Virus record (IMG/VR): IMGVR_UViG_3300014501_000021
Span: 1 to 59,180 of that record
DNA: 59,180 bases
Reading direction: 5' to 3' (one strand)
Origin: a virus
Lineage: Duplodnaviria > Caudoviricetes
The stretch's first letter is position 1; each line of letters starts with the position of its first letter. Below the pieces are notes generated by a model. It did no database searches. It was not told the DNA's origin and worked only from the letters and a program-made list of their open reading frames with translations. Shown here piece by piece: positions 48,422 to 56,640 of the stretch. Position numbers and translations under genes: made by a program.

Positions 48422-50584
48422 ATGGAACAAGAAATCTGGCAGGAAGATCAACCTGTACTCGTAAGCGATCTTAATCGCGCGCAATCTACGAAAGAAGATG
48501 CTATTACTTCTCGTATGGGCGACGAATTTTATGCTGGCGTTGTTCCTGATTCACAGATGCTCGCTGAGTCTGTTCCTTTCCTAATAACGGTCGTAACAAG
48601 CACTACTATTAATGTAGGGACGGGTGTAGCGTATGATGTTAATGGACAACGCATCGTTATCCCAGGGCCAGCGCTCGTAACATATAACGGGGCAAATCCT
48701 ACGACACAAACCGATAATGGTATCGGTGGAACGACTTTAACACCTATATCCACAGGTAGTTTAACTATTCCTATCCCACTAAGCACAATATGCTATGTTT
48801 ACATTACGTATATTAACGCGATAGATCCTACTATCTTTACTATAAGTGAGTACAACAACTCACGCTTATTCATTTCAGGGACTGACGGATATCGTATTGA
48901 TATACAGACGGTAGAAGTTCCTCCTTTTCCGGCGTCAATGTTTCTTGGAGCGGTAAGCGCTACACAGACATTGTCAACCACAGGACAGCCTGTCTTCAAT
49001 TTAAAGCCTGGTAATCTTTTAGCATTAGTTCCTCAAGCTACTCAGACGCTTGGAGCGTTAGGATTGCCATACGCAGCCGGTCAATTAGTAACGTTTGGGC
49101 GCGATCCCAGCTTGGCTTATTCAGATCACGTAAGCGGCATAGGCACGGGTACTGTAACTCCTACTAATGTTCACGGTTTATCTATTGCGGACATATCAGG
49201 TACATCTACAGCGGTGCCGCAGTTATTCATGAATAGCGGTATCTCAAATGCTCCGCAGCCTCCAGAAGGAGGGTATAATACTTCAGCGTTATATGGACAG
49301 ATCTTTCCGGGAGGAGGATCTCCTATTCCTCCAGGATATGGTTATGACAACTTCTTAATCTACCCGTTGTCAGGATCACAGACCTTATTAGTAAATGGTC
49401 AGACTATTACTGCGTCAGCGTTTACTCAGGCGCTAGGTTATTTATTCTACTTTATAAGCCCCACAGGCGTCCCTTTGTCTGCGGGTGTATATACAATTTA
49501 CTACAATGCCGGAACTAATCAATTATTACTGGCGGCTAACGGAAGCCCTACTAACACAGCGTATAGTGTGCAGGGTCAAAATTCGTTAACTTTCTTTACT
49601 TCTAACGTCTTACCAATTTCCACTGTTGAAGCTAACCCTAATAATTTCTTACTATGGCAAATTACTTGGGCAGGACTTTCTGGACCTTATCTAGGTATCT
49701 GTCCGTCGTGCGCAGTAGACTTGCGCCAGTTTGGAACAATTGGAAGTACTTCTCTTCAGAGAGATGCGTTAACAGATACGGTTACAATACAGCACAACGT
49801 AGATATTACGGCAGATCCTCTGGGAGTCGGTTTAGGAAATCTCAACGTAGCAGGTAACGCTAATGTAGAGGGGGCCCTCACAGCCGGAGAGTTTGACCCA
49901 ATCTATGTTCCGCCTATTGGTAATAGTCTTAAGGCTAATGCGGTGACTACTGCGACAAGTAATACATTAGCTACGTTCACTGCTGATGTATTGTCCGTCC
50001 AAGGAGTTATACTTGACGCGGTGAACGTAACAGCGAATATTGCGGTGTCGGGAGCTAATGGGCTCGACACAGGCTCTAAGACTACAAATACATGGTATGC
50101 TATACATGTAATTACAAATGACACTTCCTCTGTTGTAGCGGCTCTTCTTTCCTTATCAGCAACAGCTCCTACTCTCCCTTCTGGTTATACGCGATTCCGA
50201 AGAGTAGGCTGGGTTAGAAATAACTCATCAAATGTCTTTAATTATTTTCTAAGTGTTGGAGAAGTGATTATGTATCTCAGCACTATCCCTAATTTAGGAA
50301 CCCCAACAGGAACAGTATCTTTTGCAGCGTATATCCCTCCCACTTCTAGGATGGGAAAATTTACGTTGTACGGTTCTTCTGGAGCTGGAGGATCGGATGC
50401 AGCTACCTTCACAACTCCCGGGTTTTCGAATAGCTTGCTTGTGTGGTATACTGGAGCGCCTCCTAACCCTAATATCGGTCTTAGTGGTAGCTCCGTTGAC
50501 TTTATGACAGACGCCTCTCAGAACGTATCTATTTCAGGTGGCGCCTTTAATCTATTCGTGCCTGGATATTACGACCCAATCTAA
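48422..50584 (+). CDS. second baseplate-attached tail fibre protein
   Basis: N-terminus paralogous to 44564; C-terminal GANGLDTGS..NTWYAI..LLSLSATAPTLPSGYTRFRRVGWVR fibre domain. Confidence 0.75.
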   Translation: MEQEIWQEDQPVLVSDLNRAQSTKEDAITSRMGDEFYAGVVPDSQMLAESVPFLITVVTSTTINVGTGVAYDVNGQRIVIPGPALVTYNGANPTTQTDNGIGGTTLTPISTGSLTIPIPLSTICYVYITYINAIDPTIFTISEYNNSRLFISGTDGYRIDIQTVEVPPFPASMFLGAVSATQTLSTTGQPVFNLKPGNLLALVPQATQTLGALGLPYAAGQLVTFGRDPSLAYSDHVSGIGTGTVTPTNVHGLSIADISGTSTAVPQLFMNSGISNAPQPPEGGYNTSALYGQIFPGGGSPIPPGYGYDNFLIYPLSGSQTLLVNGQTITASAFTQALGYLFYFISPTGVPLSAGVYTIYYNAGTNQLLLAANGSPTNTAYSVQGQNSLTFFTSNVLPISTVEANPNNFLLWQITWAGLSGPYLGICPSCAVDLRQFGTIGSTSLQRDALTDTVTIQHNVDITADPLGVGLGNLNVAGNANVEGALTAGEFDPIYVPPIGNSLKANAVTTATSNTLATFTADVLSVQGVILDAVNVTANIAVSGANGLDTGSKTTNTWYAIHVITNDTSSVVAALLSLSATAPTLPSGYTRFRRVGWVRNNSSNVFNYFLSVGEVIMYLSTIPNLGTPTGTVSFAAYIPPTSRMGKFTLYGSSGAGGSDAATFTTPGFSNSLLVWYTGAPPNPNIGLSGSSVDFMTDASQNVSISGGAFNLFVPGYYDPI

Positions 50585-50596
50585 CGGAGAATTACA

Positions 50597-50782
50597 ATGG
50601 CAGATATCGTAGCTAATAGCATGAGTGCTACCTCTAGTGTATCTATGACGGTAGGGCAAACTCTTCAGGTGCAGGTTATCAACGCGGATGGCAGTGTGAG
50701 CACTACCCTTTACAGTGGTACTGTTCCTGCTACTTCCACATCTTTTTCAGGCACGGTTTATATAGCAGGTACCCTTAGTTAA
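50597..50782 (+). CDS. small beta-rich structural protein
   Basis: 61 aa with GGAG RBS; fills the gap. Confidence 0.65.
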   Translation: MADIVANSMSATSSVSMTVGQTLQVQVINADGSVSTTLYSGTVPATSTSFSGTVYIAGTLS

Positions 50783-50793
50783 CGGAGAATGAC

Positions 50794-51249
50794 ATGTCAA
50801 TTAATATTTCACAAAATTTTGAACTTACAGTTAACGGCATAAGCCCCAACGCGGGCGCAGGGCTTACGTTGCTTGCTAACCCCTCGTTATCGACAGCTAA
50901 TACTGTCTACGACGACTACCTAGCTGATACGTTTACCCTCAACCCAAGCGTCGCAGCTCCTACCCCTATCTTATCCGTAGGTACTTTAGATGTAGGAGAC
51001 ATTGTAGGATCCTATGTCATGTGGATTCAGACGGATCAGCCTATCACAATTAACTTTGTACAGAACTTAGTAACTAGCTCTATCTTAGTAGATAACTTCT
51101 TTTATATAAGTATGAATCCTCTAGGAGGAAATCCAATGGATAATCCTATTACCTTTACTAATTCTTCAACAGTTAACCCGGCTCATATCACAGTCGTAAT
51201 AGCAGGGGATCGTGCGGTTAATCCGGGAACACCTGGAAATCTATATTAA
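50794..51249 (+). CDS. hypothetical structural protein
   Basis: 151 aa with GGAG RBS; contains no Lys, like the other virion proteins. Confidence 0.65.
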   Translation: MSINISQNFELTVNGISPNAGAGLTLLANPSLSTANTVYDDYLADTFTLNPSVAAPTPILSVGTLDVGDIVGSYVMWIQTDQPITINFVQNLVTSSILVDNFFYISMNPLGGNPMDNPITFTNSSTVNPAHITVVIAGDRAVNPGTPGNLY

Positions 51250-51250
51250 T

Positions 51251-51892
51251 ATGAATCAGTGGTTGGCTAAATTAAGCGCTATTGTAGAACTGCTGTTCAG
51301 TTCAAACGGGCAGAGGAATGTTGTAGCTCCTGTTGCTCCGCCAGTTGTTGCGGGGGAAGGAGTTGCTATATTCAGGCAGGATATGCAGCTATCTCCTCAC
51401 TTCTCTCTATATGAACTAACAGCAACGGCGAATGCTTCGCTGCAGGAAGAGAATAGAACTCTGACTGACGATCAGGTTGCGAAGCTAGTGCTTCTGGCAC
51501 AACAGGGAGAGAAGATTAGAGCCATCGTAAATCTTCCTGTTATCGTTCATTCGGGCTATAGATGTGACGCGCTTAACGGTGTCATTCCCGGAAGCTCATC
51601 AACATCTCAACATCCGAGATGCGAAGCGTTGGATTTAGCTATACAGGGTCAAACTATTGATGATACGTTTAACGCATTATTAACTGCTGCGAAAGCTGGC
51701 AGTTTCACATTTGGGCAGTTAATTATAGAAGAGGCTGTGAGAAGTTACGGCGTTGTAAGGTGGGTTCATTGTAGTACAATTGGTACTCTCTCAGCAGAGA
51801 AAGTGGGGCAAGTTATGCAGATGCAAGCAGGGGCAGATGGCGTGCCTCATTATGTGCTTGTTGACAAACTTGATTTCAATGGCCAAAGATAA
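51251..51892 (+). CDS. endolysin, peptidase M15A family
   Basis: LSPHFSLYEL, HSGYRC..LN...SSTSQH..EALD, GQLIIE, WVH zinc-peptidase motifs. Start reassigned to ATG 51251, just after the previous stop. Confidence 0.85.
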   Translation: MNQWLAKLSAIVELLFSSNGQRNVVAPVAPPVVAGEGVAIFRQDMQLSPHFSLYELTATANASLQEENRTLTDDQVAKLVLLAQQGEKIRAIVNLPVIVHSGYRCDALNGVIPGSSSTSQHPRCEALDLAIQGQTIDDTFNALLTAAKAGSFTFGQLIIEEAVRSYGVVRWVHCSTIGTLSAEKVGQVMQMQAGADGVPHYVLVDKLDFNGQR

Positions 51893-52253
51893 CTATAGAC
51901 TTAGATACAGAAAAGAAGTTTTCTATCCGCGACATAAGGAAAGACTGCTGCAAGAACAGGCGGTCTATTCTAAAACATATTCGATTCTTCATAAAGAGGA
52001 CCGACTATTTTATATGAAGGACTATCAGTATGGTCTTTCAAAAGAACAGTATCAAGAGATGCTGCGACAGCAAAAGTCTTCGTGCGCTATCTGTAGTAAA
52101 GCATTTAAACAAAACCCCTGCGTTGACCATGATCATGAAACAAATAAAGTCAGAGGGCTCCTCTGTCGTAAGTGTAACTCATTACTTGGTTATGCAGGCG
52201 ACAATGTAGTCGTTCTTAAAAACGCAATTGCCTATTTAAAGAGGCAGAAATAA
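51879..52253 (+). CDS. endonuclease VII-family HNH endonuclease
   Basis: YGLS.EQY..ML..Q...CAIC..VDHDHETNKVRGLLCRKCNSLLG..DN..L..AI.YL. Start reassigned to ATG 51879. Confidence 0.88.
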   Translation: MAKDNYRLRYRKEVFYPRHKERLLQEQAVYSKTYSILHKEDRLFYMKDYQYGLSKEQYQEMLRQQKSSCAICSKAFKQNPCVDHDHETNKVRGLLCRKCNSLLGYAGDNVVVLKNAIAYLKRQK

Positions 52254-52277
52254 ATGTTTAGTCTTCGGGAGGTAGTC

Positions 52278-52466
52278 ATGTTCTTTTTCGCATGCCCCGC
52301 ATGTTCTAGCCGTATTGTTATGTGTGCAGGTAAGGTTGCACCCGTTGTTACTCGATGTCCGGAATGCTCTGTGTTGTTAGCTTTTATCCATGAGCAGCGT
52401 ACGTTGTTAGATAAAATTAAAGACGCTTGGACCCCTTCAGATCTTATTAGAGCGGCCAACGATTAA
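52278..52466 (+). CDS. small zinc-ribbon protein
   Basis: CPAC...CPEC; GGAGGT RBS upstream of ATG 52278. Confidence 0.6.
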   Translation: MFFFACPACSSRIVMCAGKVAPVVTRCPECSVLLAFIHEQRTLLDKIKDAWTPSDLIRAAND

Positions 52467-52477
52467 GGAGAAAAACT

Positions 52478-53131
52478 ATGGCACAGTCTTACGGAAATTA
52501 TGTCCCAACAACGTTGGCTAATCCGACAGATAGTATTACGGGCGTGTACAGCGTTGAACAACTATTAGGTACTTCTATATCAGGAGCAGGCCCTGTAGGT
52601 TTTGCAGCACCATCTACATTAACTGTAACTGATAATAGCGTGCCTTATGCGATAACAATACCTGCGTTAACGAATCTATATGATATCGCGGCTTCTATTC
52701 AGTCACAGATAGTAACTGCCGGCGATGCTGGTTTCACTGCTAGATATGATTCAGGGCTAGACCAACTTGTCTTATCTTCAGCAACTGCGGGACAAGCGGC
52801 GAGTAAGTGTACGGTTACTGCGGGAACGGCGCAACCGTTTCTTAAGTTAGGAGTTGCGTATGGTGGTACAGAATCATATGCAACAGCGGAGGTTATTACT
52901 TACTATGTTACCTATTTGTTTGTATATACCGGAAGCTCTTTCGGGGTAGGATCTGTTGTAGTAAATAGTTCTGATATGGTAACTCCTACTAACTTATCAC
53001 AGATGGAAGCTATCGCAAACAAGAGAGCGGCGCAGCTTAAGATAGAGCTGCAGCCTGGATTCCACGTCAATCCTCCTACAGTGGGAACAGCTATTACGTC
53101 ACTGAATGGAGCAGTTGTTCTTAACGCTTAA
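52478..53131 (+). CDS. structural protein carrying the shared 'IAAxIQ...LKLGVxxGGTE' module
   Basis: AAGGAG RBS; DIAASIQSQI..FTARYD..LVLSS..LKLGVAYGGTE matches modules in the sheath, baseplate and fibres. Confidence 0.65.
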   Translation: MAQSYGNYVPTTLANPTDSITGVYSVEQLLGTSISGAGPVGFAAPSTLTVTDNSVPYAITIPALTNLYDIAASIQSQIVTAGDAGFTARYDSGLDQLVLSSATAGQAASKCTVTAGTAQPFLKLGVAYGGTESYATAEVITYYVTYLFVYTGSSFGVGSVVVNSSDMVTPTNLSQMEAIANKRAAQLKIELQPGFHVNPPTVGTAITSLNGAVVLNA

Positions 53132-53562
53132 GGACTGACTGTTAGTTGTCCGGCTACTGTTGGTGAGACCCACTGCGCGTTAGAAGCAGAGGAGGTGGCG
53201 GTAAGTATTGATCCAGTAGTAATATTTGTCGTAGTATATCCACCGGCGAATTGGCCACCTAATGAGATCGTTCCGACGTCATATTGCGGAGATGTATTGA
53301 TAGAAGGGATTTCTTTGGTATTTAATACTAGAGAGATCCCTTTTATATTTTCCGTTAAGCATTCGACGGAACAAATATCGAGACCACGAGAGTAACCATG
53401 TTGGGTTAAATATGGCCCATGCGAGGGATCGCGGGGCTCTTCACGGCGGGCTTGAACGCGGATGACTGCGGCTCCGTCCTTTGCTGTGTTACCGCAGATG
53501 TCACAAACGGTACGGCTTACATTAACATCTATCTCGCGCTTCTCTTTAAATTCTTTCTGCAT
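53128..53562 (-). CDS. CxxC/C..C protein, paralog A
   Basis: MQKEFKEKREI..SRTVCDICG..LDICSVECL..NIKGI; paralogous to the adjacent ORF. Confidence 0.75.
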   Translation of the reverse strand: MQKEFKEKREIDVNVSRTVCDICGNTAKDGAAVIRVQARREEPRDPSHGPYLTQHGYSRGLDICSVECLTENIKGISLVLNTKEIPSINTSPQYDVGTISLGGQFAGGYTTTNITTGSILTATSSASNAQWVSPTVAGQLTVSP

Positions 53563-53895
53563 TTATTTTCCTATAGAAATTGGTATGTATATTTTCGGCG
53601 ATTTTTTATATTCAACGTCTTCGCACTTCTCTGTAGCATAATTCTTTTCGCGGATACCTGTATCAGCACCTGGTATCATCTTGCCGTCAAGAACACATCT
53701 AATACCTTTAATATTCTTTTCTAAGCAGGCGGGAGTACATACTTCTAATGAATCATCTCGACTTGACGGTCGGCTATCATCCGTTGCATAAAGCCGAATG
53801 AATGGCTTGTCCATTACTATATCACCACAGATGTCACATATCGTCCTACTGATTGATTCTGTGATTTCTCTCTTCTCTTCAAACTTTCTCTGCAT
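53563..53895 (-). CDS. CxxC/C..C protein, paralog B
   Basis: MQRKFEEKREI..SRTICDICG..LEVCTPACLEKNIKGI. Confidence 0.75.
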   Translation of the reverse strand: MQRKFEEKREITESISRTICDICGDIVMDKPFIRLYATDDSRPSSRDDSLEVCTPACLEKNIKGIRCVLDGKMIPGADTGIREKNYATEKCEDVEYKKSPKIYIPISIGK

Positions 53896-53913
53896 AATTT
53901 ACGCTCACGACAT

Positions 53914-53921
53914 ATTATACA
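53914..53921 (-). promoter_or_regulatory. -10 element (TGTATAAT) for the minus-strand pair
   Basis: ATTATACA on + reads TGTATAAT on -, 18 nt upstream of ATG 53895; no clear -35. Confidence 0.4.
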
Positions 53922-53941
53922 TATTCTCTGTTCTATTATCG

Positions 53942-53990
53942 CGCACATGGTCACATGTGCGATTATGAAGTAGTTACTTTAGTAACTACT
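53942..53990. repeat. two adjacent perfect inverted repeats
   Basis: CGCACATG-gtca-CATGTGCG (53942-53961) and AGTAGTTACT-tt-AGTAACTACT (53969-53990). Confidence 0.85.
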
Positions 53991-54292
53991 GAAGAATCGG
54001 AATCTAAGATTGAATTAAGATTTTATTTGAATTAGAATTAGATTTAGAAGCTGTGGCAATGTGACAATGTGCACTTTAATCATACAGATAGTCGCCTCTT
54101 TAAATAACCCCGCCAATTTCTCCTCATATTCTTGCGCTAATCGCAGTAGCCAACCTACTAGTAACATACCGCTAATTCCTTCATAACTGCGAATTCCTAG
54201 GCTCATATCCTTTAATTATACAGGAAGGCTTATAGGCGTCTTCTGGAGCTTGTCCCGCGACCTTTAGAAAAGGCATCATAGCTCCCAGTTTT

Positions 54293-54300
54293 TGTATAAT
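54293..54300 (+). promoter_or_regulatory. -10 element (TGTATAAT) 5 nt upstream of the helicase ATG
   Basis: TATAAT at 54295-54300, ATG at 54306, no SD; suggests a leaderless mRNA. Confidence 0.5.
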
Positions 54301-54305
54301 TATTA

Positions 54306-55805
54306 ATGGCGATCCTCCCGGAGTCTGCAAAAATAATACAGTGTACGGCCCATATCGGTAATGTTACGACGATGATTACCGGGGAAGTACCTCTCGACTT
54401 CTGGGAAGACTTATCTTTACGAATGTCGTACGAAGTACCCGGCGCTCTGTTTTCTCAAGCGGCTCAGAGTGGTCATTGGGATGGTCGTAAGAAACTCTTT
54501 AACAAACGGGGGTTATCATTCCCCACAGGATTGTTTTCCCACTTCAGGGATGCTTGTTATGATCACGGCATCGCGTATGACATCAATGACACGCGTAGGG
54601 TACCGACGCTTGGTACTCCTCTTCCCATAGTAGGTTTGACATTAAGAGACTACCAGATAGAGTCTGCTGACAAAGCCTTTGCGAAGCAGCGGGGTATGGT
54701 TAGAGTTGCTACCGGTGGTGGCAAATCTCTAATTATTGCATCGTTAATTGGTAAGCTTAATGTACCAACGCTGCTTCTAATTCACAAACAAGACATCTTT
54801 CACCAGTTGGTTAAAGGCCTTAACAGAGATCTAGGTATTAACGTGGGTGAGATCGGTTGCGGAAAAGTTATTCCCCGCGACATCACTGTTGCGATGATTC
54901 AAACGATACACCGCGCCTACGGTGGTACTTACCAAGGGTTGAAAGACGTTGAAAAAGATGCTACGGTCATTTCCAAGCCTGAGCTTATACAGCAGGTAGT
55001 AGAGCGGGCGGAGTGCGTTATCATCGACGAGGCCCACCATGTTTCCTCCACTATTTATACGAAAGTTATGTCTGAATGTCAGAAAGCGTATTACAGATGG
55101 GGCTTCAGCGCTTCTCCGTGGCGTGAAGACAACTCTGACCTACTTCTGGACGCGCACACCGGGGCACGTTGCGTTGACATCTCTGCTTCTGAACTTATAC
55201 GACGCGGCTATCTTAGCAGGCCTACTATTTATCTACATGAGTTTGATCACGGCCGCCCTAATGCTTTTGGTTATCCACACATGTACGAGCAACAGGTGGT
55301 TAATAATACCTTCAGAAATAAAGCAGTGGTTAGAGTAGCTCTGAAGGCCGTAGCCGCGGGTAAGTCCTGCCTGATCGCTGTTACCCGCATCGAACATGGT
55401 AAGATGTTAGAAGCTATGCTCAAGACCGTCGTCCCCGGTAAGGTTAGATTCGCTAGTGGCCAGATAGACTCCATCGAGCGAAGAAACATTTTAGAGGACC
55501 TTAACAACAAGAAGGTTAGTGTTGTTATAGCTACCACTGTATTCGGAGAGGGCATCGACTGTCCATCTCTTGACGTCCTCATCAATGCGAAAGCTAACAA
55601 GTCTTCGATCGATTCCCTCCAGCTAGTCGGCCGGGCATTACGCAAGACTGCTAAGAAAGATAAGGTTACTATCATAGATATGTACGACGACCATTGCAAA
55701 TATTTAGGTACGCACGCAAAAGATCGTTTAAAAATATATAAGACGGAACCGGAATTCATTCTTAAGAAAGTAAAAGGGCCAGAAGAAATAATATTTTCAG
55801 CGTAA
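54306..55805 (+). CDS. superfamily 2 DEAH helicase (UvsW/ResIII-like)
   Basis: LRDYQ (Q motif), ATGGGKS (Walker A), IIDEAHH (II), SASP (III), GEGIDCP (V), QLVGRALR (VI). Confidence 0.92.
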   Translation: MAILPESAKIIQCTAHIGNVTTMITGEVPLDFWEDLSLRMSYEVPGALFSQAAQSGHWDGRKKLFNKRGLSFPTGLFSHFRDACYDHGIAYDINDTRRVPTLGTPLPIVGLTLRDYQIESADKAFAKQRGMVRVATGGGKSLIIASLIGKLNVPTLLLIHKQDIFHQLVKGLNRDLGINVGEIGCGKVIPRDITVAMIQTIHRAYGGTYQGLKDVEKDATVISKPELIQQVVERAECVIIDEAHHVSSTIYTKVMSECQKAYYRWGFSASPWREDNSDLLLDAHTGARCVDISASELIRRGYLSRPTIYLHEFDHGRPNAFGYPHMYEQQVVNNTFRNKAVVRVALKAVAAGKSCLIAVTRIEHGKMLEAMLKTVVPGKVRFASGQIDSIERRNILEDLNNKKVSVVIATTVFGEGIDCPSLDVLINAKANKSSIDSLQLVGRALRKTAKKDKVTIIDMYDDHCKYLGTHAKDRLKIYKTEPEFILKKVKGPEEIIFSA

Positions 55806-55835
55806 GATTTTGTCGCAGATGCTGTAATATTTGTC

Positions 55836-55982
55836 ATGACTCTTCAACAAGCTCTAGATCACGCAGCAAAAGCAACCGCGTGGGGTTTAGATATGTCCTA
55901 CGAAGTAGACCAGGATGCTCTGCAGTCTATCTATCGAGCTTATATCAAGGGCGAACTTATTATCAACGCGGAGAAGAAATGA
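55836..55982 (+). CDS. 48-aa hypothetical protein
   Basis: MTLQQALDHAAKATAWGLD...NAEKK*; ATGA overlap with the next gene; not in the ORF track. Confidence 0.55.
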   Translation: MTLQQALDHAAKATAWGLDMSYEVDQDALQSIYRAYIKGELIINAEKK

Positions 55983-56389
55983 ACGTTTCAGAAGCAGTAA
56001 TTGGGGAAGTATACTCTACTCGATCCGGACTTAGTGTCGAGATCGTAGAGAAGCAGGTAGATAAGGTCATAGTGAAGTCATTAGCTACAGGAAACAATGT
56101 AACAGTACTTCCAACTTATCAGATTACCCCAATTGAGAAAGCTATAGTCGTAAAGGAGGAAACCATGTCAGAAACTAATCAGCCCACGGGTTTGGCAACA
56201 GCTGTTGCCGAGGCGAAGCCGAAGGCGGGGAAGCTAAAGAAGTCTAACGTTGTCGATGACGGTCTTCGTGCAGGGCTGTCTGTAGATGATATCGTTAAGA
56301 ACGTTTTGGCTGCCTTTCCAGAGACGCCCGAAAAGGCCGTACGTAATCTTGTGAGCGTTCGCCGCTCCAAGCTTAAGAAGACTGCTTAA
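55979..56389 (+). CDS. hypothetical protein with basic helical C-terminal (possible DNA-binding) domain
   Basis: Start reassigned to ATG 55979 (GGAG RBS, ATGA coupling); an internal in-frame AAGGAGG-N5-ATG lies at 56165. Confidence 0.7.
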   Translation: MNVSEAVIGEVYSTRSGLSVEIVEKQVDKVIVKSLATGNNVTVLPTYQITPIEKAIVVKEETMSETNQPTGLATAVAEAKPKAGKLKKSNVVDDGLRAGLSVDDIVKNVLAAFPETPEKAVRNLVSVRRSKLKKTA

Positions 56390-56428
56390 TTTTTGAGAGC
56401 ATCGGGCTGCTCACTCAAAGAAGCAACT

Positions 56429-56463
56429 TGGGCGCCTCTGTAAAAGGAGGCGCCCATTTTATT
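56429..56463 (+). terminator. intrinsic terminator
   Basis: TGGGCGCCTC-tgtaaaag-GAGGCGCCCA followed by TTTTATT. Confidence 0.85.
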
Positions 56464-56465
56464 CT

Positions 56466-56639
56466 ATGATAGATCCAAAATGGTTCATCTTACCCCATAG
56501 AAGATGTTGGAGATGTTCACTTAAGAATATTAAGTGGATCAACTGGGAACCCATACTCAGTCAAGAATGTATGTATTGGTATTTACCTCCCTACGGCCCC
56601 ATTTTTACAACAGTCACAGTCACATTCGATATTAAATAA
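56466..56639 (+). CDS. possible 57-aa ORF
   Basis: MIDPKWFILPHRRCWRCS...FDIK* fills the gap between the terminator and 56641; no RBS. Confidence 0.3.
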   Translation: MIDPKWFILPHRRCWRCSLKNIKWINWEPILSQECMYWYLPPYGPIFTTVTVTFDIK

Positions 56640-56640
56640 A

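Noticed and set aside
2229-50584. Diversity-generating retroelement acting on fibre tips
   Set aside because: No reverse transcriptase and no template/variable repeat pair differing only at adenines was seen in this window.
54015-54206. 63-aa minus-strand ORF in the divergent intergenic region
   Set aside because: Its 3' part runs through the low-complexity AT-rich tract and it has no recognisable motif. An AAGGA lies only 1 nt before the ATG, so it is not excluded but unsupported.
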